From contig JAACET010000005.1 of NCBI GenBank assembly GCA_011682385.1, positions 1 to 50,349 of the forward strand: a stretch of 50,349 nt of DNA, given 5' to 3'. The stretch comes from Actinomycetota bacterium (GTDB lineage: Bacteria > Planctomycetota > Phycisphaerae > JAACET01). The notes under the pieces are model-generated. The model did not search any database and was not told where the DNA came from. It saw only the letters and a list, made by a program, of their open reading frames with translations. Made by a program: the position numbers and the translations under genes. Positions 8,371 through 16,510 of this stretch are shown here, piece after piece; position 1 is the first letter of the stretch; each line of letters starts with the position of its first letter.

Positions 8371-8793
8371 ATGGTGAGTAGGAAATGGTACGCGGACGGA
8401 CTGCACTTTAGCTGTCAAGAGTGCGGGACCTGCTGCAGCGGTGAGCCAGGTTACGTGTGGGTCAGCAAGGAAGAATTGCGGGGAATCGCTGAGTTCCTGA
8501 AAATCAGCGAACCTGAACTACGGGCTAAACATACCCGCCGAGTAGGATGGAGGATAAGCTTGACAGAAATGGCTAATGGCGACTGCACCTTCCTCGTCGA
8601 TAAAACAAGTGGGCGAGGCTGTGCTATCTACCAAGTGCGACCGGCACAGTGCAGGAATTGGCCGTTCTGGGGACTGAACCTGGCCAGCCAGTCGGCCTGG
8701 AACCGGGCGGGGCAACGCTGCTGCGGAATTAATAAAGGTGAATTTCACGGCTTCGAAGAAATCGAAAAGCAAAGAAACAAGAGAAACGGATAA
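8371..8793 (+). CDS. YkgJ-family Cys-cluster protein (CxxCxxCC, UPF0153-type)
   Basis: CQECGTCCSG near the N-terminus plus CAIYQVRPAQCRNWPFW. The last codons and the stop (gagaaacggaTAA) coincide with repeat module B. Confidence 0.75.
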   Translation: MVSRKWYADGLHFSCQECGTCCSGEPGYVWVSKEELRGIAEFLKISEPELRAKHTRRVGWRISLTEMANGDCTFLVDKTSGRGCAIYQVRPAQCRNWPFWGLNLASQSAWNRAGQRCCGINKGEFHGFEEIEKQRNKRNG

Positions 8794-9164
8794 GAGAATT
8801 AGCCACAGATGAACACAGAAACCGAAGAATTCACCACGAAGGGCACGAAGATCACGAAGTTGAAGAGAGCAAGAGAGGAAGAAAGCAGAGAAAGAAACGG
8901 ATAAGATGATTAGCCATAGATTGCATGGATGAACACAGATTTTGAAGAAAGAAAGAAATTTGACGCTGATTACACAGATTTCGCTGGAAATAGAAAGATA
9001 AGAATTCACCACGAAGGATACGAAGGTAAGGAAGTAAAAAAAGAAAGAGAAGAAATGGAAAGAATTCACCACGAAGGACACGAAGTAAAAGAAGAAACGG
9101 AAAGAACTAGAATTTAAGATTTGAGATTCAAGATTTCAGATAAATCCAAGATTTGATATTTGAG
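8778..9164 (+). repeat. dense mosaic of short repeat modules (A,B,C,D,E), BIME/NIME-like
   Basis: Module A GAATTCACCACGAAGGNCACGAAG at 8827, 9002 and 9062. Module B AAGAAACGGA[TA]AAG at 8781, 8891 and 9091. Module C TTAGCCAYAGAT..GATGAACACAGA at 8799 and 8910. Module D TTTGACGCTGATTACACAGATTTCGCTG at 8959. Module E, a heptad GATTTNA tract, at 9111-9164. Confidence 0.85.
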
Positions 9165-10370
9165 ATGATTATGTGGTTACCACTGGCAAATATTTTGCAT
9201 AGGAAACTTCGGACCGGCCTGAGCGTATTGGCGGTGGGCATCGGTATCAGTATGCTCATCGTGCTGGTGAGCCTGTCGCGGGGAAGCATAGATGAAGTAG
9301 TCAAACGATGGTCGAGCATAAGGGCGGAACTGTGGGTGCTGCCACGCAGCGTAGATGTGATCACAGCCAAGGGAGATTACCTGGACGATAGGGTTATCCA
9401 GCAAATACTTAATGTAAAAATAGACGGTAAACCGGTAGCCTCTCAGGTAACCCCGGTCTTCAAGGCCAGTATGCATCTGGCGGGACAAGAACAAAGCGTC
9501 TGGGGGATCGATCCGGATGATCTGGAGACCATCGCCGGCGGAAAAAAAATAATAAAAGGACGACAATTCGACGCTGAACGAAAATTCAAAACACTCATAG
9601 CTCAAAAAAGAGCGGGCCGAAGGGACTACGATCCAGACAGCATAAGCAAAAGCGAACTAGGGGAAGGGCTGGAACTAATCATCGATCAGCGTCTGGCCCA
9701 AGCGGCCAAAGCAAACATAGGTGATAGCGTAGGACTGCTGGGGAAAAAATTCGTCATCGTGGGAATTATCGAAACAGGTGTGCCGGCACGGGTGCTGACC
9801 TCATTGCAAACGATCCGTTGTATCAAGGGTGTGAGCCGAGCACGCTCGACCTTCTACTTTGCCAGAGTAAACAAATCAATAGATGCGGTGGCCGCCCAGG
9901 AAGCAATCGCCAAGGACCTGCCGGGACTACGCGTAGAACGCACCGGAGCATTTGCCGGTATACTGGCTGACAGCGTGGCTATAGCAACAATCATCCCCGA
10001 TGTGATCTGCGGGATATCAGTAGTAGTGTCCTTCCTGTTTATCCTGCTGACGGTCTATACCATGGTGCTGGAACGGAGCAAAGAAATAGCTATCCTCCGC
10101 TCGCTGGGAGCCAATAGCGGATTCATCCACCGAGGAATTATCAGCGAAGCTCTGCTGATATCCGTCGGAGGGATCGTCGTGGGTATAGTCTTGAGCTACG
10201 GTGGGAAAATGCTGATCGAAAGCCATTGGCCATTACTGACCGTGGACATCAAAGGTCAATGGCTGGGATTGGCGGTAGTAGTAGGATTGGTCGGCGGAGT
10301 ACTGAGCTCACAGATGCCGGCCTGGCTGGCCGTGCGGGCTGATCCGCTGGCGGCACTGAGTGAGGCGTGA
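9165..10370 (+). CDS. ABC transporter permease, FtsX/MacB/LolC-E-like (4 TM with a large periplasmic domain)
   Basis: The ORF-track start at 9153 is TTG inside the heptad tract; ATGs occur at 9165 and 9171. N-terminal TM (LRTGLSVLAVGIGISMLIVLV), a loop of about 230 aa, and a C-terminal FtsX domain with ERSKEIAILRSLGA. Confidence 0.85.
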   Translation: MIMWLPLANILHRKLRTGLSVLAVGIGISMLIVLVSLSRGSIDEVVKRWSSIRAELWVLPRSVDVITAKGDYLDDRVIQQILNVKIDGKPVASQVTPVFKASMHLAGQEQSVWGIDPDDLETIAGGKKIIKGRQFDAERKFKTLIAQKRAGRRDYDPDSISKSELGEGLELIIDQRLAQAAKANIGDSVGLLGKKFVIVGIIETGVPARVLTSLQTIRCIKGVSRARSTFYFARVNKSIDAVAAQEAIAKDLPGLRVERTGAFAGILADSVAIATIIPDVICGISVVVSFLFILLTVYTMVLERSKEIAILRSLGANSGFIHRGIISEALLISVGGIVVGIVLSYGGKMLIESHWPLLTVDIKGQWLGLAVVVGLVGGVLSSQMPAWLAVRADPLAALSEA

Positions 10371-10550
10371 AGCAAGAAGAATTCACCACGAAGAACACGA
10401 AGGTAAAAAAAAAGAAACGGAAAGAAAAAGATTTCAAAATTCAAGATTTGAGATTTCAGATTCAAAAAAAAGAAAACCTGGATTCCTGCTCCCCGTTTTC
10501 ATGGGGACAAGCTTCGCAGGAATGACAACAAAAAGGAAACAGTAAAGTCC
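10371..10550 (+). repeat. mosaic repeat spacer: A (10379) - B (10411) - heptad tract E (10430-10465) - extended F2 palindrome (10477-10527)
   Basis: gaattcaccacgaagaacacgaagg, aaagaaacggaaag, gatttcaaaattcaagatttgagatttcagattca, cctggattcctgc[tccccgttttcatggggacaagc]ttcgcaggaatgacaa. Confidence 0.85.
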
Positions 10551-11222
10551 ATGTCAAGCGTTGTATTTGAAACCAAGGGACTGTTGAAAAACTTCAGGGT
10601 GGATTCCCTGAAAGTGCCGGTACTGCGGGGAATAGACATTCAAATAGAACAAGGTGAATTCGTGGCTGTCGTGGGGCCCAGCGGCTGCGGAAAAAGCACA
10701 CTGCTGCATGTGCTGGGTATGATGTGTAAACACGACGGGGGTGATTTCAGGGCTTGGGGGCAGAACGTGAGTGAACTGAATCAAAGGCAACGAACGAAAA
10801 TGCGACGGGAAAAAATAGCCTTCGTGTTTCAGAGATTCAACCTGCTGGGAGTGCTGTCGGCAAAAAACAACGTCCAGATGGCTCTAAAAATTAGGGGTGA
10901 CCATACAGACCATCAAGTGAACCAGGCACTGGAAGAAGTGGGGCTGGCGGAAAAAATGCACTTCAAGCCCTCTCAGCTCAGCGTGGGTGAACAGCAAAGA
11001 GTAGCTATCGCCAGGGCATTAGTGTGCAGGCCGGAAGTGTTACTGGCTGATGAGCCGACCGGCAGTCTGGACTCAGAAAACAGCAAGGCCGTAATGGAAC
11101 TTATCCGGGGACTACACGACGAGCGAGCCGAACAGACAACCATACTTATCACGCATAACCGGCGTATAGTCGATGCGGCTGACAGAGTGCTGGAAATGAT
11201 AGATGGAAAAATAAAAACGTAA
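10551..11222 (+). CDS. ABC transporter ATP-binding protein (LolD/MacB-type)
   Basis: Walker A GPSGCGKST, signature LSVGEQQRVAIARAL, Walker B LLADEPTGSLD, H-loop ITHN. Confidence 0.92.
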   Translation: MSSVVFETKGLLKNFRVDSLKVPVLRGIDIQIEQGEFVAVVGPSGCGKSTLLHVLGMMCKHDGGDFRAWGQNVSELNQRQRTKMRREKIAFVFQRFNLLGVLSAKNNVQMALKIRGDHTDHQVNQALEEVGLAEKMHFKPSQLSVGEQQRVAIARALVCRPEVLLADEPTGSLDSENSKAVMELIRGLHDERAEQTTILITHNRRIVDAADRVLEMIDGKIKT

Positions 11223-11378
11223 AAAAGGTACAAAGAAACGAATGTGAACTTTTGACGCTGATTTCGCTGAAAAGAGGACGGAAAGAACTCACCACGAAGG
11301 GCACGAAGATCACCAAGTAAAAAAAGAAAGAATTAGCCATAGATTGCACAGATGAGCACAGATTGCAGAAATAAAGAA
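11223..11378 (+). repeat. mosaic repeat spacer: B-D-B-A-C modules
   Basis: caaagaaacgaatgtgaacttttgacgctgatttcgctga, aggacggaaagaactcaccacgaagggcacgaagatcaccaag, aattagccatagattgcacagatgagcacagattgcag. Confidence 0.85.
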
Positions 11379-12212
11379 ATGAATTCCGGCGGAGCAGATC
11401 GGCCAAGGGGAATACTAAAAGGGGTCTGGAAAGTACTCGCCGGAAGGCCGTGGGCAGATAATGAACAGATTAATCTGCGAGGCTGGTTCGCAGGTTTTCT
11501 GGGATACCTGGCGGCTCTGGCGGGGGCGGTGTATCTGGGGTTGTACCTGATCGAACAAGGGAACGTCCAGTGGGGGACGGTCGTATGGGTCATAGCCGGG
11601 ATGATGTTCTACCTGTCCCTGTGCTGCACACTGTGTCCGCTGCCGACGACCTGGCTGATACTGGCCGTGGGATCCGGAGGGGCATTGGCCCAACTACTCG
11701 GGACAGGATCGGCACAGGCTATGGATAGCGCTGTCGGGGGGTGGGCAAAGGTGGGGATCGTGGCCGTATTGGGCGGATTGGCCACAACCATGGCCAACCT
11801 AAACGAATACCATATCTTCACCTTTCTGCTTCGCTACAAGCCTATACGCAAAGTGCGCCAAACGCGACTATATGACTGGGCGGCCAAGTGGTACTGCAAA
11901 GAACCATTCCTGCTGCTGACGAGCTTTTGCTTTATACCCATTCCGGTAGATGTGGTTCGCTGGCTGGCGATTAGCCATCGCTATCCGCGAGGGAAGTTCT
12001 TCGCGGCTAATATTCTGGGCCGAGGCAGCCGATATGCACTGATGGCCTTGTTCAGCGACGCCATGGGACTGGGGTTGTGGACCATCCTGGTGATACAGGC
12101 AACACTGGTACTCATAGCAGCCAAACGAGTGATCTCAAGATTGTGGGGAAAGAAAATAGAAAAACCTCACCCCGAAGGACACGAAGAGTACGAAGTAAAA
12201 CAAAAAAAGTAA
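11379..12212 (+). CDS. polytopic membrane protein, possibly VTT/DedA-like
   Basis: At least 5 hydrophobic segments; Pro-containing re-entrant-like motifs (CPLPTTWLILAVG, IPIPVDVVRWLAI) are reminiscent of the VTT domain, but this is weak. The ATG at 11352 lies inside repeat module C, so the ATG at 11379 is preferred. The last ~17 aa (KIEKPHPEGHEEYEVKQKK) are encoded by repeat module A. Confidence 0.55.
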   Translation: MNSGGADRPRGILKGVWKVLAGRPWADNEQINLRGWFAGFLGYLAALAGAVYLGLYLIEQGNVQWGTVVWVIAGMMFYLSLCCTLCPLPTTWLILAVGSGGALAQLLGTGSAQAMDSAVGGWAKVGIVAVLGGLATTMANLNEYHIFTFLLRYKPIRKVRQTRLYDWAAKWYCKEPFLLLTSFCFIPIPVDVVRWLAISHRYPRGKFFAANILGRGSRYALMALFSDAMGLGLWTILVIQATLVLIAAKRVISRLWGKKIEKPHPEGHEEYEVKQKK

Positions 12213-12224
12213 AAAGAGGAACCC

Positions 12225-13082
12225 ATGGTAAATAGAAAACTTCCCCAACTGATAATTGGTGGATTGCTGTCCCTGGCGGTAATGGGTGCGGCGGCGTGCA
12301 GGACACAAAACACGGCCAGGGCAGCAACAGAAGATGAGCCGAAGCCGGCGGCAAGCACAAGAAAAGAAAATATCCGGGAGGGGGTGTCGCCAAAGGTGCT
12401 GGAAACACTGGACGAACTGGAAAAACTAGGAGCAACCATCAAAAACCTACAGGGTAAGCTCCGCCTGGAAAAACTCGAAACACTGGTAAACGACAAAACC
12501 ATCAAAGAAGGACTGATCTACTATCAGCGAAACAAAGACAACATCCGCTTCCGTATAAGCTTTGAAAAAACAATACGCGATCGGCGAAGATTCAACGAGC
12601 CAGAACACTTTGTCTTCAGCGACGGCTGGCTTGTACATCGGCAGGAACGAAGCAAACGTGAGGATCGCTACCAAGTGACCCGGCCAAATCAGCCCAGCAG
12701 CGATCTGATGCGGATCGGCAAAAGCCCGCTACCCATACCCATCGGCCAAAAAACAGAAGATATTCTAAAAAACTTCGACGTCTGTCTGATCAAACCAAAC
12801 AAAGAAATCGATCCGCCAGAAGCAAAAACCGTGCATCTAAAGCTGGTGCCAAAGAAAGGGACGGAGTTGGCTGTATCCCGCAGGCGGCTGGAGTTCTGGC
12901 TCAGGGAAAAGGACAACCTGGTGGTGCGGTCACAATGGGAAAACGACTCCGGCGATATCTTTACGGCAGATATGAGCGATCTGCGAGTGAACAAAAAACT
13001 CAAGGATAGAAACTTCAGGCTACCGAGGCGGCCGGGAGAATATACAGTGGAAATACATCCGTTGCCGGAAGAAACGGAATAA
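12225..13082 (+). CDS. putative lipoprotein with LolA-like (lipoprotein carrier/sorting) pattern
   Basis: Signal peptide plus a lipobox-like VMGAAAC. The pattern FVFSDGWLVHRQ ... VHLKLVPKKG ... LEFWLREKDNLVVRSQWENDSGDIFTADMSDLRVNKKL resembles the LolA/LolB fold family. AGAGGA Shine-Dalgarno upstream. The stop codon is supplied by module B (gaagaaacggaaTAA). Confidence 0.55.
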   Translation: MVNRKLPQLIIGGLLSLAVMGAAACRTQNTARAATEDEPKPAASTRKENIREGVSPKVLETLDELEKLGATIKNLQGKLRLEKLETLVNDKTIKEGLIYYQRNKDNIRFRISFEKTIRDRRRFNEPEHFVFSDGWLVHRQERSKREDRYQVTRPNQPSSDLMRIGKSPLPIPIGQKTEDILKNFDVCLIKPNKEIDPPEAKTVHLKLVPKKGTELAVSRRRLEFWLREKDNLVVRSQWENDSGDIFTADMSDLRVNKKLKDRNFRLPRRPGEYTVEIHPLPEETE

Positions 13083-13087
13083 CGAAT

Positions 13088-13123
13088 ATGAACTTTTGAC
13101 GCTGATTACGCAGATTTCGCTGA
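13088..13123 (+). repeat. repeat module D (ATGAACTTTTGACGCTGATTACGCAGATTTCGCTGA)
   Basis: Matches 8959-8986, 11246-11270 and 50277-50312. Confidence 0.85.
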
Positions 13124-13145
13124 TAGGAAAAGGCGAAGAAATAGA

Positions 13146-14798
13146 TTAGGCGGTTTCGCGGCGGGGCTGAGGATAGCTGTCCGGTGGATCCTGGGCTGGG
13201 GGGGGTAGATGAATCGGCTCGGTGAGCTGGACTTTACCAGCGGAATCAGTAATGTATAGGCCATAAAAGTTAGCAAAGCTAACATAAAAATAGCCGGCAG
13301 CAAAGAGCAGCAGAAAAGGAATGGAAACAGTGATCTGTCGATAGCGGATCAGAGTGCCGGCAATGCAGGCCACAATGTAAAGGCCAAAGAGAAGCTCAAT
13401 GTAGGGCATAAAGGTGAACATTCGACGCGGTGAGGTAGCTTTAGACATCCAGACACGCCGGCTACGATCAGGAACATTGCTCAAACCAAACTTGGGGGTA
13501 GAAATAAAGTCACTCTGTTTGCCGAACAAACCCTCCAAAACAGCTCTGCAATTGTTCAGAGAAATACCTATGCCCAAAGAAATCAGAAAAGGCAGGTACT
13601 TTATCTTGCCCAGCCAGGAGCTGTAGATCTCCTGCTGGCTGCAAAGGTAAAAGAAAGCCAGCGAAACTGTGGCCAAATTAAAAACAGTCAGATCAAACAA
13701 TATCTGGCCGGCGCCGCCGCCTTCAAACGGGTTGAGCCTTACTATAAGGGCTGGGACCAACAGCACAGTCAGCAAAACCATGGCGGGGTAAACCACCCAG
13801 TTAGTCAATTGGAAAAAGGCCTCGACCTTGACCTTCAGCGGCAACTCGGCTCGGAGAACAGAAGGCAACAGCTTTCTGGCAGTCTGGACGGCCCCCTTGG
13901 TCCAACGGAACTGCTGAACCTTAAAGGCATTAACCTGAGGGGGTAGCTCGGCTGGGGAAACCATCTGAGGCAAATAAATAAACTTCCAACCTTTCAACTG
14001 GGCCCGATAAGAAAGATCCAAGTCCTCAGTAAGGGTGTCGTGCTGCCAACTGCCGGCGTCGGCGATACAACGGCGACGCCAAATGCCCGCGGTACCATTA
14101 AAGGCCATAAACCGGCCGGAACGGTTGCGTGCACCATGCTCGATAATAAAATGACCATCCAAAAACATGGCCTGACCCTTGGTAAGCAACGAACTGTCGC
14201 GATTAAGGTGGCCCCAACGCGTCTGCACCACTCCAACCGAGGGAGCAGTAAAGTAGTGAATGGTCCGCAGCAAAAAGTCAGGCTCGGGAACGAAATCAGC
14301 ATCAAAAATAGCAATAAACTCACCTGTGGCAGAAGGTAGGCCAGCAGCTAAAGCGCCGGCTTTAAACCCGCTACGATCAGAACGATGCAAATAGCAGATG
14401 TTGTGGCCAGCCTGGGATAAACGACGCACACACTCAGAAGCAATATGAGCGGTGGCATCGGTAGAGTCGTCCAAGACCTGGATCTGGAGCTTCTGGCGAG
14501 GATAATCCATGGCACAGGCGGCTTGAATGACTCGAGCAGCCACAAACTCCTCATTGTACATGGGCAACTGAACGGTAACGGCAGGCAATTCCTGGAAGTG
14601 ACCCGAAGGCGAAGGATACTTGTGGCGATGACGATAATAAAGAAAAATGAGAAGATAACGATGGAAGCCGTAGAGAACCACCGTGCCCATAAGCACGACG
14701 TAAAGGAACATCAGAAGATGCGGGGCAACTTGGGGAATCTGAGAGAAAAAACTCCACCAGATCATCCATATTCCCAATGGCGCGGTATCTAAGACCAT
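13146..14798 (-). CDS. family-2 processive beta-glycosyltransferase (cellulose-synthase/CslA-like), membrane-integrated
   Basis: Motifs VLDDSTD, IFDADF (DxD), TEDLDLSYR (TED), QQFRWTKG (QxxRW). TM segments at both ends. Begins 29 nt downstream of the rplQ stop on the same strand. Confidence 0.88.
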   Translation of the reverse strand: MVLDTAPLGIWMIWWSFFSQIPQVAPHLLMFLYVVLMGTVVLYGFHRYLLIFLYYRHRHKYPSPSGHFQELPAVTVQLPMYNEEFVAARVIQAACAMDYPRQKLQIQVLDDSTDATAHIASECVRRLSQAGHNICYLHRSDRSGFKAGALAAGLPSATGEFIAIFDADFVPEPDFLLRTIHYFTAPSVGVVQTRWGHLNRDSSLLTKGQAMFLDGHFIIEHGARNRSGRFMAFNGTAGIWRRRCIADAGSWQHDTLTEDLDLSYRAQLKGWKFIYLPQMVSPAELPPQVNAFKVQQFRWTKGAVQTARKLLPSVLRAELPLKVKVEAFFQLTNWVVYPAMVLLTVLLVPALIVRLNPFEGGGAGQILFDLTVFNLATVSLAFFYLCSQQEIYSSWLGKIKYLPFLISLGIGISLNNCRAVLEGLFGKQSDFISTPKFGLSNVPDRSRRVWMSKATSPRRMFTFMPYIELLFGLYIVACIAGTLIRYRQITVSIPFLLLFAAGYFYVSFANFYGLYITDSAGKVQLTEPIHLPPPAQDPPDSYPQPRRETA

Positions 14799-14827
14799 AA
14801 TCAGACCCCCGGTCCGGTCATCATAGG

Positions 14828-15418
14828 TTATTGCTTCTGGTCAACGGTGTCAGGTTGCCCGGAAGAAGAATCCGATTCGGCCGACTCGGCGTCCTGAGGG
14901 GTTTTACCCTCGGCCTTTTCGGCCTTTTCCGCAGGCTTGGCAGCAGGTTTGGCAGCAGACTTGGAAGAAACCTCCCCTGATGAGCCGGACTTGGTCGTGC
15001 GCCGACGACGCACGCCGGTAGAAGCCAAGGCCTGGTCCACAAACTGCAAAACGACCTTGACAGAACCATCACCCAAACGACGGCCGGCCAAGCGGACAAT
15101 CCGTGTGTAACCACCGGGACGATCCGCAAAACGTGGACCCAAAACCTTAAACAACTTGGACACAACCGTCTTGTGCTCGGCATCCTCGTCGGAAAGACGA
15201 CGATCATTCAACAAAGCAACAGCCCGACGACGAGCAGTAACCGTATCGTTGCGGGCTAAGGTAATCAGCTTCTCGGCAAAGGACTTGATCTCCTTGGCCT
15301 TGGGCAAAGTAGTAATAATACTCTCGTGCTCAATGAGATTCAAAACCAAGGATCGACGCATAGCCAAACGATGCGCAGACGTCCGATTCAACTTGCGATG
15401 GGCAACACGATGACGCAT
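14828..15418 (-). CDS. rplQ: 50S ribosomal protein L17 with a long C-terminal low-complexity tail
   Basis: MRHRVAHRKLNRTSAHRLAMRRSL. The ATG at 15418 was chosen over the longer ORF-track frame. The tail of ~68 aa is rich in K/A/S/E. Confidence 0.95.
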   Translation of the reverse strand: MRHRVAHRKLNRTSAHRLAMRRSLVLNLIEHESIITTLPKAKEIKSFAEKLITLARNDTVTARRRAVALLNDRRLSDEDAEHKTVVSKLFKVLGPRFADRPGGYTRIVRLAGRRLGDGSVKVVLQFVDQALASTGVRRRRTTKSGSSGEVSSKSAAKPAAKPAEKAEKAEGKTPQDAESAESDSSSGQPDTVDQKQ

Positions 15419-15449
15419 TAGAAAAATACCTTTGTCGGGTTGGGCGAGT

Positions 15450-16475
15450 CTACTGCGACTGGGCACCCACAGGAACATTATCCAGGTCCTCAGGGGTCAT
15501 GCCCAGGGAAAGACCTAAATCAGCTAACTTACGCTTGATCTCACGAAGAGATGTTTTGCCGAAACTGCGGACCTTCAACAGGTCGGAATCAGACAGCGTG
15601 ACCAACTGCTGCACAGTATGTATCTTGGCCATCTGCAAACAATTAGCAGCCCGGACTGACATCTCCAACTCGACCAAGGGCTTGGACAAAAGAGCGTGAC
15701 GCTGAGCCTGAGACTCAGCAGCCTTCTCCTCGGCTGTCTGATCAACCGGCGCAGCCTGCTCGTGACCGAGCTCGAAGTACTGCACAAACGGATTCAAGTG
15801 CTTGCGAATTATCTTGCCGCCCTCAACCAGAGCCAACTCCGGTGAAATCGTACCGTCAGTCCAAATCTCCAACTTGAGCCGATCATAGTTGGTCCGCTGA
15901 CCAAGACGAGTGTTCTCCGTAAGGTAACGGACCCGCTTGACCGGTGAAAAAACAGAATCAACAGGAATAACACCTATCTCCTGCTCGACGGCGGCATTCT
16001 CGGCGGCTGGAACATAACCACGTCCACGACAAACCTCCATAGTCAAATCAAACTTCACACCATCCTTAGCCAAAGTGGCAATGACCCGGTCAGGCTCAAA
16101 AATCTCAATGGCAGGATCGGCCTGAATCATGCCGGCTGTCAAAGGACCCTTCTTGTCGCCGGAAAGCTTCATCAACTTGGGCTCATCAGCGTGCGACTTG
16201 ATCACCAGACTCTTGACATTCAAAATGATATCCGTAACGTCTTCGACAACACCAGGAATACTGCTGAACTCGTTGGAAACGCCGTCAATCTTAATCCAGG
16301 TCACGGCACTGCCCTCAATACTACTGAGCAGAACCCGCCGTAAACTGTTGCCCACCGTAGTGCCAAAACCTCGCTCAAAAGGCTCAACCACAAACAAACC
16401 ATACTTATCCGTGGCTGTGCTCTCGTCGAGACAGGCTCTGGTAGGAAGTTCCAAGCCTCGCCATCTAATCTGCAT
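15450..16475 (-). CDS. rpoA: DNA-directed RNA polymerase subunit alpha
   Basis: MQIRWRGLELPTR; alpha-CTD LEMSVRAANCLQMAKIHTVQQLV; GGAGG 7 nt upstream; position after rpsD. Confidence 0.97.
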   Translation of the reverse strand: MQIRWRGLELPTRACLDESTATDKYGLFVVEPFERGFGTTVGNSLRRVLLSSIEGSAVTWIKIDGVSNEFSSIPGVVEDVTDIILNVKSLVIKSHADEPKLMKLSGDKKGPLTAGMIQADPAIEIFEPDRVIATLAKDGVKFDLTMEVCRGRGYVPAAENAAVEQEIGVIPVDSVFSPVKRVRYLTENTRLGQRTNYDRLKLEIWTDGTISPELALVEGGKIIRKHLNPFVQYFELGHEQAAPVDQTAEEKAAESQAQRHALLSKPLVELEMSVRAANCLQMAKIHTVQQLVTLSDSDLLKVRSFGKTSLREIKRKLADLGLSLGMTPEDLDNVPVGAQSQ

Positions 16476-16510
16476 ACCGAAGCCTCCAGTCTAAAAGGCA
16501 TTTCGTAAAA

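Noticed and set aside
8518-9117. ORFs 8518..9081 (-) 187 aa and 8929..9117 (+) 62 aa.
   Set aside because: These are low-complexity translations (FFSFFFYFLTFVSFVVNS, HHEGYEGKEVKKEREE) of the repeat mosaic. The 5' part of the minus ORF is antisense to the YkgJ-like gene, and there is no domain-like sequence.
8778-9164. Possible CRISPR array, given the many short repeats in a non-coding block.
   Set aside because: The repeats belong to several different families with irregular spacing and order. There is no constant repeat/spacer periodicity, there are no cas genes in the window, and the same modules are scattered singly across many intergenic sites.
1-14800. A defence system, toxin-antitoxin pair or secondary-metabolite cluster in the accessory left arm.
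   Set aside because: All ORFs of credible length have housekeeping-type or envelope-type motifs (protease, transpeptidase, ABC transporter, GT2 and so on). No nuclease, ATPase or methylase combinations typical of defence loci and no small paired ORFs were seen.
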